Below are positions 39,074 to 51,924 of a DNA stretch of 64,000 nucleotides, piece after piece. Source of the DNA: Torpedo marmorata (taxonomy: Eukaryota); assembly GCA_977017645.1 (NCBI GenBank), contig OZ360219.1, positions 111,476,001-111,540,000 on the forward strand. The letters run 5' to 3'. Each line of letters opens with the position of its first letter. Positions within the stretch are counted from its first letter, which is position 1. The notes beneath the pieces were generated by a model. It did no database searches, was not told the origin of the DNA, and saw only the letters and a list, made by a program, of their open reading frames with translations. The translations under genes were made by a program, and so were the position numbers.

Positions 39074-39739
39074 GTAGACTGAAAGCACAACTCTTTCTGC
39101 CAAGGGGAGTTCTGCTCATAACCATAGGGAGTGGGATGTGTGTCCAGCTCCAGGGATTAATGGATTGGCTCTGACCATAGAGCCCCGACTGAAGAGGTAG
39201 ATCTGACTGTTACTTTAGGGATGGAGCTCCAACTATAATCATGGTGACATGCACACTGTGACTGATCGGAACAGCTCAGCCCGTAACTGTAGGGATGGAC
39301 ACACCTCTGAGCGTAGGGATTAATGGAGTAGCTTCGAAAGGCAAGGGAGGGATGACTGTCAGGACAGTGTTGGTGAGTTTGAATGTAGCTGAGGGTGAGG
39401 GTGTGGGCCAGTTTGTAGAAATTGAGGAAGCGGCTCTGACAGTTGGGTCAGTCTGACTGTAATTGCAGAGTGAGGGCACAGAATAGACTGCACTGACTGA
39501 GGGAGCATCTCTGACTGTAGCATGTAGTCTGACTGTAACTGCAGGGGCAAGATGAGACTGCAGATGGAGGGTGATTGTCAGGGGAAATTTGAGTGTAATT
39601 AGCAGGACAGGCACACTACACTCCAGAGGGACAAAGAATTCAGCCGGTTGTAGGGTGAGGGTAAGAATCAGAGGGGTCTGTCAGTGATGACCCAGTGCTC
39701 TCTGCTCACCTTTTATTATTGCTGGTAATCGTGTTACAG

Positions 39740-40379
39740 GTTTGTCTCTGCCATGACCACTCCAGCCAGAATGTCGCCCGTGGATTTTCGAACCCCCATG
39801 TCTCAAAAGTCTCCCAGTTCTGAGATGTCTCCACAAGTCTCCAGCCTGACGATATCCATGCCCTCGGTACCCATCAGCCCTTCCATCGAGGAAGAGAGGC
39901 CCCTCCTTTTGGTGACACCGCCCCAGCAGCGGGACAAGAGGCAGGAAGCTTACAGGCAACACCGCAGTTCGGCTAGGGAGAGCGCCAGCGTCCCAGCCAG
40001 CCCGCAGAGGATGGTCGAGGATGACGAGTACGAGACCACACAAGAGTATGAGCTGGCGCTCGAGCACCCCAAGAAAGGGGCCAGCAGCAGCAGAGGGAAA
40101 AGAACAAAGCTTAATGGCCAAATATCACACAAAATGGAAAATGAGAGCAATCCAAGCTCAGACAGCAATAGCTCTGACAGCGAAACGGAAGATGAACGAA
40201 TAGGTGAAGAGACGCCATTTCTGACCATACAGAACCCCGTGGCAGTCAGTGGAGAATCAGCTCCTGCATACCGATTGGCTGAGAACAGGACTAACTCTAC
40301 CAATAGGTACTCAGCACAGGAAGAGTTGCAGGTCAGGCTGACCAATGTAATGGCTAATCAGGACCCAATTGCTGTCTAA
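39740..40379 (+). CDS. NRG1: NRG1 terminal exon, a-type cytoplasmic tail
   Basis: gttacag|G; FVSAMTTPARMSPVDF...EEERPLLLVTPP...EDDEYETTQEYE...ETEDERIGEETPFL...ANQDPIAV*. These are hallmark NRG1 a-tail motifs. Confidence 0.98.
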
Positions 40380-41392
40380 AACCACATCGATGCACCAGTA
40401 AAACTTTATTTTATATAATGAAGTACTCCGAATACTTTACTTTAAATTAAACATTTTATTTTATTTTAGCAGAAGAACCTTGCAGCTGGTAGAAAGTCTA
40501 CAAGTTTTTATAGATTAAAAAATATATATATGTAAAAAAAGTTAGCATTCACAATACTAATGTGCCATATGTAGCGTTTTTACAGTATTTCAACACAGAA
40601 AGATATCAATGGTGCCTTTATGTTACTTTCTGCTGAGAACAATTAGTGCATCAGTTTCAAGCCTTTGATAAGATGAGGGATTTCCTTCAGAATGTCCAAT
40701 GTATTCTTTCTGGGTGATAGAACTTAGAGTTTCTGTGGCATTCAGACTGGGATATAACAAGTTGTTTGTCAGCCACAGCAAAAGGGGAATAAAACTAAAA
40801 CAAACACACACACACACACACACACACAGGGGGCGGGGGGAGTGAAGGAGATGTCTGACTCTTGAGTTTTGAACTGTATGTTGCAGCTGTCATTTCTGAT
40901 GGGACCTAACAGATTATAAAATGAAACAAACTTTCATGTTAAGAGAAACCTGAACTAGAGACTTAAAGTTAGAATCTTTGTGCACTCCCACTGGGGATAC
41001 ATCTCATGAGGAAATCTGTCACAAGCAACAAACCACACTTCACATCCAGCTGTCTTTGAAGGTAAACCGATGTAAAGATTTNNNNNNNNNNNNNNNNNNN
41101 NNNNNNNNNNNNNNNNNNNNNNNNNNNNNNNNNNNNNNNNNNNNNNNNNNNNNNNNNNNNNNNNNNNNNNNNNNNNNNNNNNNNNNNNNNNNNNNNNNNN
41201 NNNNNNNNNNNNNNNNNNNNNNNNNNNNNNNNNNNNNNNNNNNNNNNNNNNNNNNNNNNNNNNNNNNNNNNNNNNNNNNNNNNNNNNNNNNNNNNNNNNN
41301 NNNNNNNNNNNNNNNNNNNNNNNNNNNNNNNNNNNNNNNNNNNNNNNNNNNNNNNNNNNNNNNNNNNNNNNNNNNNNNAAAGCTGAGGGGGT

Positions 41393-41431
<39 letters not shown>

Positions 41432-44200
41432 AAGGATAGTTAGGTTATTCACAGTGAGATCACATTAGTTCCATGAAGCTGCTTGTTTTGACTGAGCACA
41501 GCCAGTGTACTTGGCATTTTTGCTGGGTCCACTCAGTATTCTTCAAAGCAGATTTTTTGAGAAACCAACACAGTATTTCCCCTTTTTAACCAGACATCAG
41601 TACAGCTCGTAGCTGAATCTGTCTGCTTCACTCAGAGGAGTTTGGGGTGAACTTTGAGCAGCACGTTTAGTGGAGTTGCTGTTGAAATGGCAAAGAAAGA
41701 TTGGAAGTGAGTCACTCAGAATGAATAGTGTCTTCCATTGCACCATTTGCTAATCAGAGGACCAAGGATTCTGGCTGATGGCTTGTGTTCTGAAGTATAC
41801 TGGGACCCTTCAGTCGTTCCTCCCTTTAGGATTCAGTAATGGTACCTGATAATTTAGAACTGTATATTATACATTCTTCTTCTCATCATCTTAGTGCCAT
41901 CAGCTGTAACAAAAACAGATCACTGTGTCAGAGTGTTTATCTCCCATGAACTGACACTGTGGCAGTGTTAATACTTTATCGGAACACCAATTGGAGGAGC
42001 AGATGGTTACACATAGAAGTTCAAAATACCAAACATTGAACCTGGATCTAGCAAAAGGATAAAGTTTCTGATATCTTCCTGTGTTTGTGAAACAGACGCA
42101 TTTAAAACCTCTTTCAAATAAACTTTTTTTTCTGTTTAATTGTGTACTTCATTATCACTCCGGTCAATGTAGCTGCAACAGTTTCAGTTCCTTCTTTGCA
42201 ATAAAGAAAGCCAGATGCCTCCTGAATTCGCAATTCATCACTTTCTGATATTTAAGACTTTACTAGTTCAACTGTTTAAACTCCAAGGAAACGCCAGAAG
42301 GGTATTGTGCTGTCAAACTAGTTCTTTGAACGTACTGAAGATCTGAATGATTTAAAATTGCAATAGAATGTTTATAATCAGCACAGGTTCATTCTGTCAT
42401 TACAACAGAGATATGCTAGAAATGTCAAGTGTGTCATCTACTTGTCAACCTCCTGTTTTCATTACCTTGATTGTTGCGTGTTTTTACATCACTGAGTGCA
42501 TGTTAATTATACAGAAGCAGGGTTATGTGATGGTGACCCACTCGTGACTCAAATGGCATGTCTGTGGCTTTGTAATGAAAAAAGAGAGCAATGTTTGACA
42601 GCTATTCCAAGCATCTGGCTCAACTGGACATTTTTCACATTCCTTATCACAGATTCAAATGAAATTAAATGTATCTGAGGTGATACACATTTTGAAACTT
42701 GCAAAGATGAAATATTTGGTTCATTTTCCCACGTGCAGAAGACTAGGAGCTTCCTGACTTATAATGCAAGAAGGGAGAGGGGTCAGAAATCAATTTAAGT
42801 GGCTTAGCTTTAGACATTTAATTCAAACCAGATAAAATCAGCTGCTCACCAATTGATAGAAAGCACATCAGCTTCTCCATTCTATAACAAATAACCCCCT
42901 TCAAAGAAAAGTCGTTTAATTTTGTTTATCACCAAATCAATCCTTCACCTTGGTTAAAAGGAACTTTACAACCACTACCTGAGATCTATTGCAAGCAGTC
43001 ATCTCCAGTGGGTTACACAAAATGAAAACAGCAGGGGTACGTACATTCAACCACTGGTTTTCCCCTTTTGGTTGGACTTGGATAAGCTCTGCTGTGAAAT
43101 TAAATGGGAGTTTTGTTGAGGTGCTCCAAATCAAATGTTACTGCGACTTTCAATTTGCAAAAATTGAAGTACTACTGAGATATAATTGATCATAATAAGT
43201 GTTAACTCTCATGGCATACAATGCGCATGCTATACATTTTAATCTGCCAGGTGCACACGCATGTGATTTTATAATTATCCTATCTAAATTTGCATGAGAT
43301 ATAAACAATGTCCAGAAATCAGCCTTTGGTCAAATCAAATACTGCTTACACCTTTTGATTGCACCCCTACAGTTTTCAACAGCATTCAGACAGTTTTTCA
43401 TATCTCACTGAATACATTATACACATTATCTGCTGTCATTATTTAGAGACACACACTTACTGCACAGTTGTATGTTCAGATCAGACACTGGCAAATGCAA
43501 AATTGATGATGCAGTGCCCAGATTGCTTTAAGCAGGTAGCATTTAAAGACAGTTTTTGAACATGTCACAGACAAAAGGCTTCTTTGCAAAAATCACCAAC
43601 CTGACCAGAACCAAGATTAGAGAGAAAAAAATAAAAGCTGGGGTGGGAGAGAGATGAAGACAATTAAAAGTGGATGTAGATCAAAATGAAAGGAACATGT
43701 TCTGAACCTTGATGGTGTTGTAGTATTATTGACTGGCAGTTTCCATAAGATTGGGTTTCAGAAGGTAAGCCCACAACAGTTTTAAGTTCCATGAGTAAGA
43801 TAAGACTTTGTATTCAGTCCAGAGGATGTTTGATGTCTGCTGTTCGTATTTCATGGCACTCCCCTATTTTTATTTTGATGGCTTTATTTTTGTATGTATG
43901 CAGGGGAGAGAGAGTTAAGACTATGAATGGAACCAAAGCATTTCCTTTGGTAGTGGAAGTCTTTATTTTTCCTGTACCTGTTATTAATAATGAGTATTCC
44001 TGTGAAAGCTCTCCAATGTCGCTTTGTGAATATCGTGGCAATAGATTTATTATTTATATCACAACTTTCTGGCATTCGGTGAATTTTGTTTATTTTTTTT
44101 ATAAAATAACTTCTGAAAAATATATGTTCAATGTTTCATATTTTTTCTGATTTTTTTTGTTTTTATAAAAAAAATTAAAACATATAAATAGATAATTTAT
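40380..44200 (+). promoter_or_regulatory. NRG1: Probable NRG1 3'UTR (proximal block plus long extension)
   Basis: AU-rich proximal block with ATTAAA at 40446-40451. No recognisable TE until ~44680. U-rich distal block with ATTAAA near 44174. The distal end is inferred. Confidence 0.55.
41082..41378. other. Assembly gap (297 N)
   Basis: Run of n next to a (GT)n tract. Confidence 1.
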
Positions 44201-44685
44201 TGTGAAGTATAAAGGCTATCTATATCTTTCTTGTGAAGAAAATATAATCCGCATCTAATTGTTAGATGCTGCAAATCTAGTATATGCAAATTGCAAAACA
44301 TCTCGATGCATTTTCATTTTTGATTTCAATGTGGCTTTCTAAAGAAACATCCTGCAAGTTTTACTTCACTACAGCTGAATGCTGCATTTGCAATTGGTGG
44401 TACAGGAGTGGGAATGTAGTTCAAATATTCCATATGGCTTTCATTTGTGAAATTACATTTTTTAAGAAAAACATTAAACCATTTCATATTAGACATAGGC
44501 ATGTTGTGTTTCTTTATCCGACTCAATTTCCTCTTGACCTTTGTTCCTCTCCTGATATTCAAACCTGCCGAAATTGTTGATTTCACCATCTTGAAATCTT
44601 AATTGGCAAGGCTCAATACCAGGACAAAAAGACATGAGAAAGACCAGTCTTTTAACATTAAATGAAAATCAAAAGAGCCACAGAG

Positions 44686-44910
44686 GCTGTAAATCTAAAA
44701 TAAATACACAAAATGATGGAAATGCTCAACAGGTCAAGCAGCATCTTTGGAAAGAAAGTCAGTTAATTTCATTTTCACGTCCATTTCTTTCTTCTCTTTC
44801 CCTTCTAGCCTTCAGTTCTGATGAAAACTCCTCGGCCTGAAACGTTGACTGCTTCTCTCTCCACAGATGCTCTCCAACATGCAGGGTGTTTGCAGCATTT
44901 TCTGTTTTTA
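44686..44910. mobile_element. Fold-back Penelope-type element with hammerhead-like core
   Basis: Inverted arms; CTGATGA (44818-44824) ... GAAACGTT (44839-44846). Confidence 0.6.
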
Positions 44911-46138
44911 ATTGTCAATAGCCCTTCAAGCCTCTCTGCCATCTGCAAGACCATGGCCGACCTCGGTCACTATCCACTTTCCTGACCTAAATCCACAGCC
45001 CCTGACTCTGGCTCTCAACCTTGGCTCTTCAGGGTTTTGAATGCCAAATATTCACAACCCTGTGAGTTAAAAAAAAAAGCTCTCCGAATCTCAGTTCTAA
45101 ATAGCTGACCTTTTACCATAGAAATCTACAGCATAGTTCAGGCTCTTCGGACTGTCCACGGTTCTAGATTTTACAACCTTATAGCATCTAAAAGTGAAAA
45201 AAAACGACATACACTGGAAATGAGAAATAAGTAATCAGAAAGTCGTTTCACCTGTGGAGGAACAAGGTTAATATTTCAGATTGACAACATTTCCTCATTC
45301 TAAGATGTTAATTCCTTTTCTCTCTATGGATGCTGCCTGACCTGAAAAGAAAAACTTTGATGAAAAGCTAATCCCTGTCCATGCAGGCCAAAGTGGTCCT
45401 GAGAAAGAATTAGAAAATCCTCCATAAAGGTTTGTTCTAATTAGAAATGAAATAATTCCATCCAATCCAGTTCATTTGCATGAGGAAGATAGTTTCAGTT
45501 CCTGGTGAAAGAGAAGGAGATTGCAAGGCATAGCGTCAAACCTTCCAATCTTGTACCTCCCTGTGGATAACACAATGCACAAATGAGTGTTATATTTAAA
45601 GAGCAAGAGAGGATCCTTAAATCATTCAGTAGTATCTGAGCAAAAAAGGCTAATTTGCAAACCTGGGAGAAGTGAGGATTAATCCTGCTCAGTGAAGAGA
45701 ATACCAAAATTCTTTGATCCCCATATTAATTGATCAATGGGACGATGGAGGTGAAATTGATTCCAGGCAACAGCAAATAATGGCCAAATGCAAATCCACC
45801 ACCTGTTTCCACAACTTTTCCAATGTTCTTTTCCACAGAGGAAAAGACTCGTATGGTTGTAAAACACAAGATTAAATGTCTACTATAGTCTAGCAATGAC
45901 AGTACCCCTTGTGTGTTACAAATGGCTTTAGTTTATAATCTTTTGCTGGCAGTCATGCAAACAATCATCATATAAAATTATCGAGCAGCATTAAATATAG
46001 CATGGTGCTTCATGGAAGTGTTACAAAACTAAATTTCACACCCAGCTATGTGAGGAATTTTTAAAATGGATTACAATAAAGGTAGATTTTACAGATTTTC
46101 TTCAAGGGGTTAGGAGAGGTAGAGAAGCAGAAAGGTTC

Positions 46139-46455
46139 AGGGCAGCACAATAATGCATCAAGTTGACCTGCTGCCTCACAGCTCCAGAGATTTGAGTTTG
46201 ATACTGACAGGTTTAGATTTCACCCCCTTGACTGCCTGGGCTTCCGACTGCATTGCAAAGCCATGTTTGTTGGTAGGTTACCTAGCTACGGTCTATTGTC
46301 CTTGGTGTAGGTAGGTGGTAGAAGAATCGGGATGGAATTGATGTGATATGAAAGACAATAGCTTGTGGGGAAACAAGTGGGGGAATGTGACTGATATGAA
46401 TGCTCTCAGAGCAGGCACCGAGTTAATGGGTGAATGGCCTCCTTTGTTGTAGAAA
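46139..46455 (+). mobile_element. tRNA-derived SINE, old copy
   Basis: gggcagcac...gctgcctcacagctccagagatttgagtttgatactgac head with degenerate A/B boxes; CR1-like tail. Confidence 0.55.
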
Positions 46456-46597
46456 TATTGAAGGAATTGCAGAGCTTTGAACCATAGTTGCTATGAGTTG
46501 CCAATGATAGAGTAACTAGATCTAGGGCTATTCAAGAGCCTAGAATTGGAGGAGTGGAATTACCTTGGAGGGTTTTAATTTTAATTTTTTAAATTTA

Positions 46598-46834
46598 ATT
46601 TAGAAATACAGCATGGTAACAGGCCCTTCTGGCCCACGAGCCCCTGCCACACAAATATACCATGTGACCAATTTACTTACAAAACCGTGCATCTTTGCAA
46701 TGTAGGAAGAAACCGGAGCACCTGGCGGAAATCCATGCGATCACAAGGAGAACGGTCAAACTCTTTGCAGACAGCGGCGGATTTTAATCTTGGTCACTGG
46801 CACTATAATAATGTTGCGCTAACCATGCCGTCCC
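46598..46834 (-). mobile_element. tRNA-derived SINE
   Basis: Homologous to 55782-56027 (acagcatggtaacaggccc...aaaccggagc...gcgctaacc). Confidence 0.8.
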
Positions 46835-47439
46835 CTGAATAGTAGAGTGGGAGAAGACTCAGGGAGGGAGGAGTGAGGACAGTGAGACTTTTGAAAGCAA
46901 GGATGGGGGCATTGTCAATATAGGTTGAAGGCACAGCAGTGTGGGTAAACAGGGTTTGGTACAATTTTAGTATTAGTGGAGCAAAGTTTCAGATGGCCTC
47001 AGGTTTTGTGGGAATAAAATGAGGGGGACCAGCCAGGAACATTAAGTGTGCAAAGAGGTTCATGAGGGTTTTCAGCAGCAAATGAAACAGGGCAAATCAA
47101 GGGACTGTTACTGTGGGAATGGGCTGTATTAAGGTGGAATAAGTGTGTTGATGGAACCCATTTCAAGTATAACACCATAGTTGCAAACAGTCTGATTCCA
47201 ATTCAGATAGTTGCCAGGGAGAGAATGGATCGGTAGCTGTTGACTGAGTTTTTAGATAAGGGGGACCAAAGAGAATGGTTTGATCTTAATGTTTAGTTGG
47301 TGTGAATTTCTGCTAATGCAGTACAGACGTGAGACTTCTGGTTCATCAGTAGTCTGTCACAAGGTCAAGAGAAGTAGTTGACAGGTGAGCAGAGAAATCA
47401 GCACACATTTTTTGCTGGCATTGGCAAGAAGTATGATAT

Positions 47440-48770
47440 GATGTGATATGATCCGAGAGTTTATTGTCATATACGGAAGTATAATGTACAGATGCACTGA
47501 AATTCTTACTTGCTACAGCCACACAAGTACATAAGGTACACAAACAACAATATATAATTAAATTACCATAAGGTGACCTGAGACAGAGAAGGAGATAATA
47601 AATATAAAAGGATGAATAAATAAGTATTCACAATTGCATTTAGTGCAAGAAAAAGTATTGTTTCAATAGTGCAGAAATATATTTTGGTGGTCCTGGAGTA
47701 GTTTATAGTTACAGTAGTTTGGAGAGGTCCAAGAGCCTGATAGCTATTCAAAATAAACTGTTCTTGAACCTAGAGGTGCTGGACTTTAGGCTTCTGGATG
47801 TTCTGCTTGAAAATATCAGCAAGAAGAGAGGATGACCAGGGTGATGGGGTTGCTTTATGACATTTGTGCCTTTTTGAGGCAGCGCCTCACATAGGTTCCT
47901 TTATCAAGGTTCCTTTATTGTCACGTAATAATTCAGAAAAGTGTAATATACATGATATACTTCAAACAAAGAGTCACCATGAGCATTGCCCGGTGCCACT
48001 AACAATAAGGGAAAGAAAATCAAAAGAGAGTCCCTTCAGAGGCACTGAGTGTCCGTGGATTTGCCTCCAGCGCTCCTGCAGCCGCACAGACTTCAAACCA
48101 TTGGCAACCGAGCTCCAGATCCAAACTCTGATACGATCAGGAAGTCTTCAGCACTTAAGAGCCCTTCTTGCCCTCAGCATCCTCTCGAATCCACTTCTGA
48201 TACCTGGTTCCCACGAGCTAGTCTCCAGCAGACTGCAGCCCATTTAGGTCCATCAACCGCAAGTCGCCAAAAACCCACAGCCTGTGTGGGTCCTTCAACT
48301 GCTGAGCCCCTCACTGGTCTGCCGCCAAGTTCACCTTCCCTGTAGGGCTGTGTACCATGCTTCTCCTTCTCAATGGGGGATGTTTTCCCCGTATCTGGTG
48401 CCCTGTGCCTGTCCACTGCTCCCCAGCACAGGTGCTGCCATCTTGGACACAGACCTCCATGGTTGCAGCATTTAAAATTAAAACACCATCGGCTCCTCCA
48501 ACAGACCGTTTAAAGTCTGTACGGAGCCGCCAGAATCAGGACCGGGCAGTAAGACCCTGTGGAGCAGTGCTGTGTCTCCGCTCCCCGCTCTCGCGGGCCC
48601 ACACCAGCAATAGCACTGCCGTAATAGCAGCTCCGTCAGTGCCACCATTTTTTTCATAGATATGGATGGCTTCAAAGGATGGGAGGTTGGTACTTGCGAT
48701 GGACTTGGCTAGGTTTGCCACTTTCTGCAGCCTTCAGTGTTCCTGGGCACTTGTGTTTCCAAACCATGTA
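47440..48770 (-). mobile_element. Decayed Rex/L2-type LINE 3' part split by a 760-bp insertion
   Basis: Tail gacaataaa with (atcac)n repeats; ctgttcttgaacctagaggtgc...gatggggttgctttatga matches other Rex copies; resumes after 48659. Confidence 0.65.
47895..48654 (-). mobile_element. Apparently full-length non-coding retroposon
   Basis: 5-bp TSD catag (47890-47894, 48655-48659). Minus strand starts aaaatggtggc and ends gacaataaaggaaccttg. Confidence 0.7.
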
Positions 48771-50412
48771 CTGGAGAAAAAGGAGGAGCCAGAGCCGACT
48801 GTTTTGGCACAGGTTGAGATAAGGGACCCCCTGGCCCAGGCTGAGAGGTAAAATCGGAACCAGATTTATTGCAGACATTGGATAATGATGCAGATTTAGG
48901 ACACTCAAAGCCTTTGGACAAGAAGGGGAGTTTGAGAAAGGGCTCATTGAGTTGAAGGATGATTTTTATTGAGGAGTTTCATGATGCTGATAGATTTCAA
49001 GATATGTAGGGCTGTATCTGAGGAATGAATAGTAACAGTATTAGCTATCATTTGGTTAGGTAGATAAAAGATTGATTATGCAGTTTAGTAGGAAGTTGGT
49101 GACGGGGACAGAAGAGGGTATTCGGGAACACAAGGACTGACTCAGAGAGGGCATGATGGAAGATAGGAGCAGAAGATAAGAGCATTCAAAGCTCGTGTGG
49201 AGTGGAGAGAGGAAGAGTCAAAAATGTGGTCTTGCCCACAAGACATGCAGTAAGTTAGTGTAAATAATATTCTGCCAGCACAAAACTACCAAATTATATA
49301 GGTTTACTTCAGCTTGAACTGGGCCTCTTTTTTTGGCTGTGAATTTATGCCTGATACAAACTGTACTGAGACCAACCAAATGTTTTCCTTAGCAAGCTAA
49401 AGTCAACATGCGTCTGATCCAGGATGTGAGAGCATTTCCCAATCCATTCTGCAGGAGTCTTACTGTACCGAGGATGCTAGTTAACAAATTCCTATTTAAT
49501 TCCTCTGACTTTTTTTTTAACAGGAGGAAAAATGTCACCTTTACACACTCAGAATTGTAGAATCATGCTGATTTACAGCACAGTAAAGGCCATTCAGATC
49601 ATTGATATATTTATAGGTAAAGTTCTGCGCATTGGAACAAGAACCAACGAAGCATATACAAAACAAATAAAAAGTTGCCAAAGAGAAGGAAAATTCTTAT
49701 CCAGTTGGTAGTCAACATGAAATCACTGTCATCAAAGCTAATTAAATATTGTTAAACCTTACCTTGATTGGTGGCAGAGCTACACTCATCTTACTTCCAA
49801 AGGCAATCCTAAGAATTAGGCAAAGGAAAGTTGGCTCCTTTAATTCCAAGGGATGACCTCAATCAGTATCTTAAAGAAACACATGCAACAGCTTCCAGAT
49901 AAACTCACGGTACCTGGAGGTAGGTCCATGGATGACCATTGATCACACATTATTTCAAAATGTATTTCTTTCCAATGACACAGCTAGATTGCTGGCTAAA
50001 CCAGCATGTAAAATCCGCCCCTACTCTCAGTGGCTTGCTCGACCATTCCAAAAGGCCCACGAAGAGCCAACCACATTAGTGGGTCTCGGGTGAACTAGAC
50101 AGCTTCTTATGACATCCTAGTGGACATGGTCATGATAAATTATACAAACTTTCCAATTCCACATAAACTTCGAAAGCTTATGTGAAAATTCTTTTGAATG
50201 CTTTCGAGAAGATAAACACTTCTAACAGTACACTCAGAAACAAAAGCATCGGTCAAAGCCAGGCAATACAGGCACACTTCTTCTGGGCTCAAACATTTTT
50301 GTTAACATAAACTGGCATCAATTGTTTAATTAGTATTCTGTGCTGATGATTCTAATTGATTAGTTTTATGTGGGTAGTCACCAGAAAATTAACTGGGCCA
50401 ACCATGTAAATA

Positions 50413-50616
50413 CAGTAAAATCCCCATTATCCGGATTCAAGCAACCGTCAAAAAAAATTGCGGAAAATAAATTGGTAAAAATTACAAAAGTTTAAAATTG
50501 GCGACCCCTAGTGGTCAGTTCGCCAATCACGCAGCACACAATCTCAAGCAACCGGAAAATTCACTTATCCCGCATCTACCAATCATCATAGGTGCCAGAT
50601 ACCAAGGGTTTTACTG
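50413..50616. mobile_element. Tigger/pogo-like MITE
   Basis: ta|cagtaaaatcccc ... gggttttactg|ca; internal caagcaaccg repeats. Confidence 0.75.
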
Positions 50617-50619
50617 CAC

Positions 50620-51800
50620 CATGGCTACAAGAGCCAAGCACAGGCTGGGTATCCAGTGGCAAGTTGCTCACCTCCATCCAAACCAAAGCCTTTCTGGCAG
50701 TGCACAGGTCAGAGGAGTATGATGGAATATTTTCTCCTTGCCTGGAAGAGTGCAGCTGCAACCATACTCAAGCAGCTCAAACCCATTCAAGACAAAGCAG
50801 CCCACTCAATTGGCATCCCTTCAACCACCCTAAACCCTCATTCCATCCACCACCAGCATACAGTGGCTGCAGAGTGTAAAATCCACAAAATGGAGATTAT
50901 TCTGACAGCACCTCCAAATCTGTAACCTCTTCCACAAAGAAGGAAAACAGATTCATGGGAACAGCACACATCATCCTGTTTGGGAAATATGTTGCTAGTC
51001 CTTCATTCTTGCTGGATCTAAATCCTGCAACTCTCTTGCCAGCCACCTTGTTGGAGAACCTTCACCAGAAGAGCTGCGGCAGTTGAAAGAAGCGTAGTGG
51101 TAGGTGCCTGGTATACGCTGCCAGGGTAACGGTGGAAACAAATAAGACATAAAACATGGGAATAGTACAGCACAGGAACAGGCCCTTCGACCCACATATC
51201 TGCCCCAAACATAATGCCCAAGTGAAACGAAAACTCTGCTGCTTGCATGTGATCCATATCCTGCATATACACGTATCTATCCAGAATCCTCTTAAACCTA
51301 CTAACATATCTGCTTCCACCACTACTCCTGGCAGTTCGTTCCAGCATCTACCACTCTTAATGTAAAAAATTTGCCCCACACATCTCCTGTAAACTTGCCC
51401 CCTCCCCACCTTAAGCATATGCAATCTGATATGTGACAAGGTCATCCAACGTTTCCTTATACTCATACCCTCTAATCCAGGTAACATCCTAGTAAATCTC
51501 TTCTTTACGCTTTCAAGAGGCTCCATATCCTTCCGGTAATGCGGTGATCAGTACGTTTAAGATGCTTTTAGATAGACACGTGAATATGGAGGAAACCAAG
51601 GAATATGGATCATGTGTAGGCCGAAGAGATTTTGTTTAATTTAGCAAAGTGTTCACTGCAGACATTGTGGGCCTGTCCTATGCTGTAGTGTTCTATGCTC
51701 TATACACTCACCAAGGGAATGAGGTATGGACAAGTGCTGACTTTGCTTACCAACACCTTCTCAAGGGCAATTAGTGATGGACAATAAATGTTGGCCTTAC
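50620..51800. mobile_element. Nested decayed LINE 3' fragments (CR1-group, both orientations)
   Basis: 51150-51555 minus reads LESVKKRFTRMLPGLEGMS...WNELP; 51555-51705 is a plus-strand CR1 tail; the host fragment reads RSMMEY...QLKPIQDKAAHSIG. Confidence 0.6.
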
Positions 51801-51924
51801 TAATGACAGTCAGATCTCAAAAACTATCAAAGGTAAAAAATTATGTACAAATGTATTTATAAAGTCCCACCACCTTCTATAGAGCATATGCCATGTCTTT
51901 GAGAGGGCTGGCCAATTGGAAATA

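Noticed and set aside
39681-40345. Antisense ORFs over the last NRG1 exon
   Set aside because: Expected shadows of a GC-richer coding exon, with no independent evidence.
8208-40379. Assignment to NRG2, NRG3 or NRG4
   Set aside because: CPNEFTGDRCQNYVMASFY, KHLGIEFME, TITGICIA and the terminal ANQDPIAV are characteristic of NRG1.
40955-41452. ORFs containing X runs
   Set aside because: Artefacts of the assembly gap.
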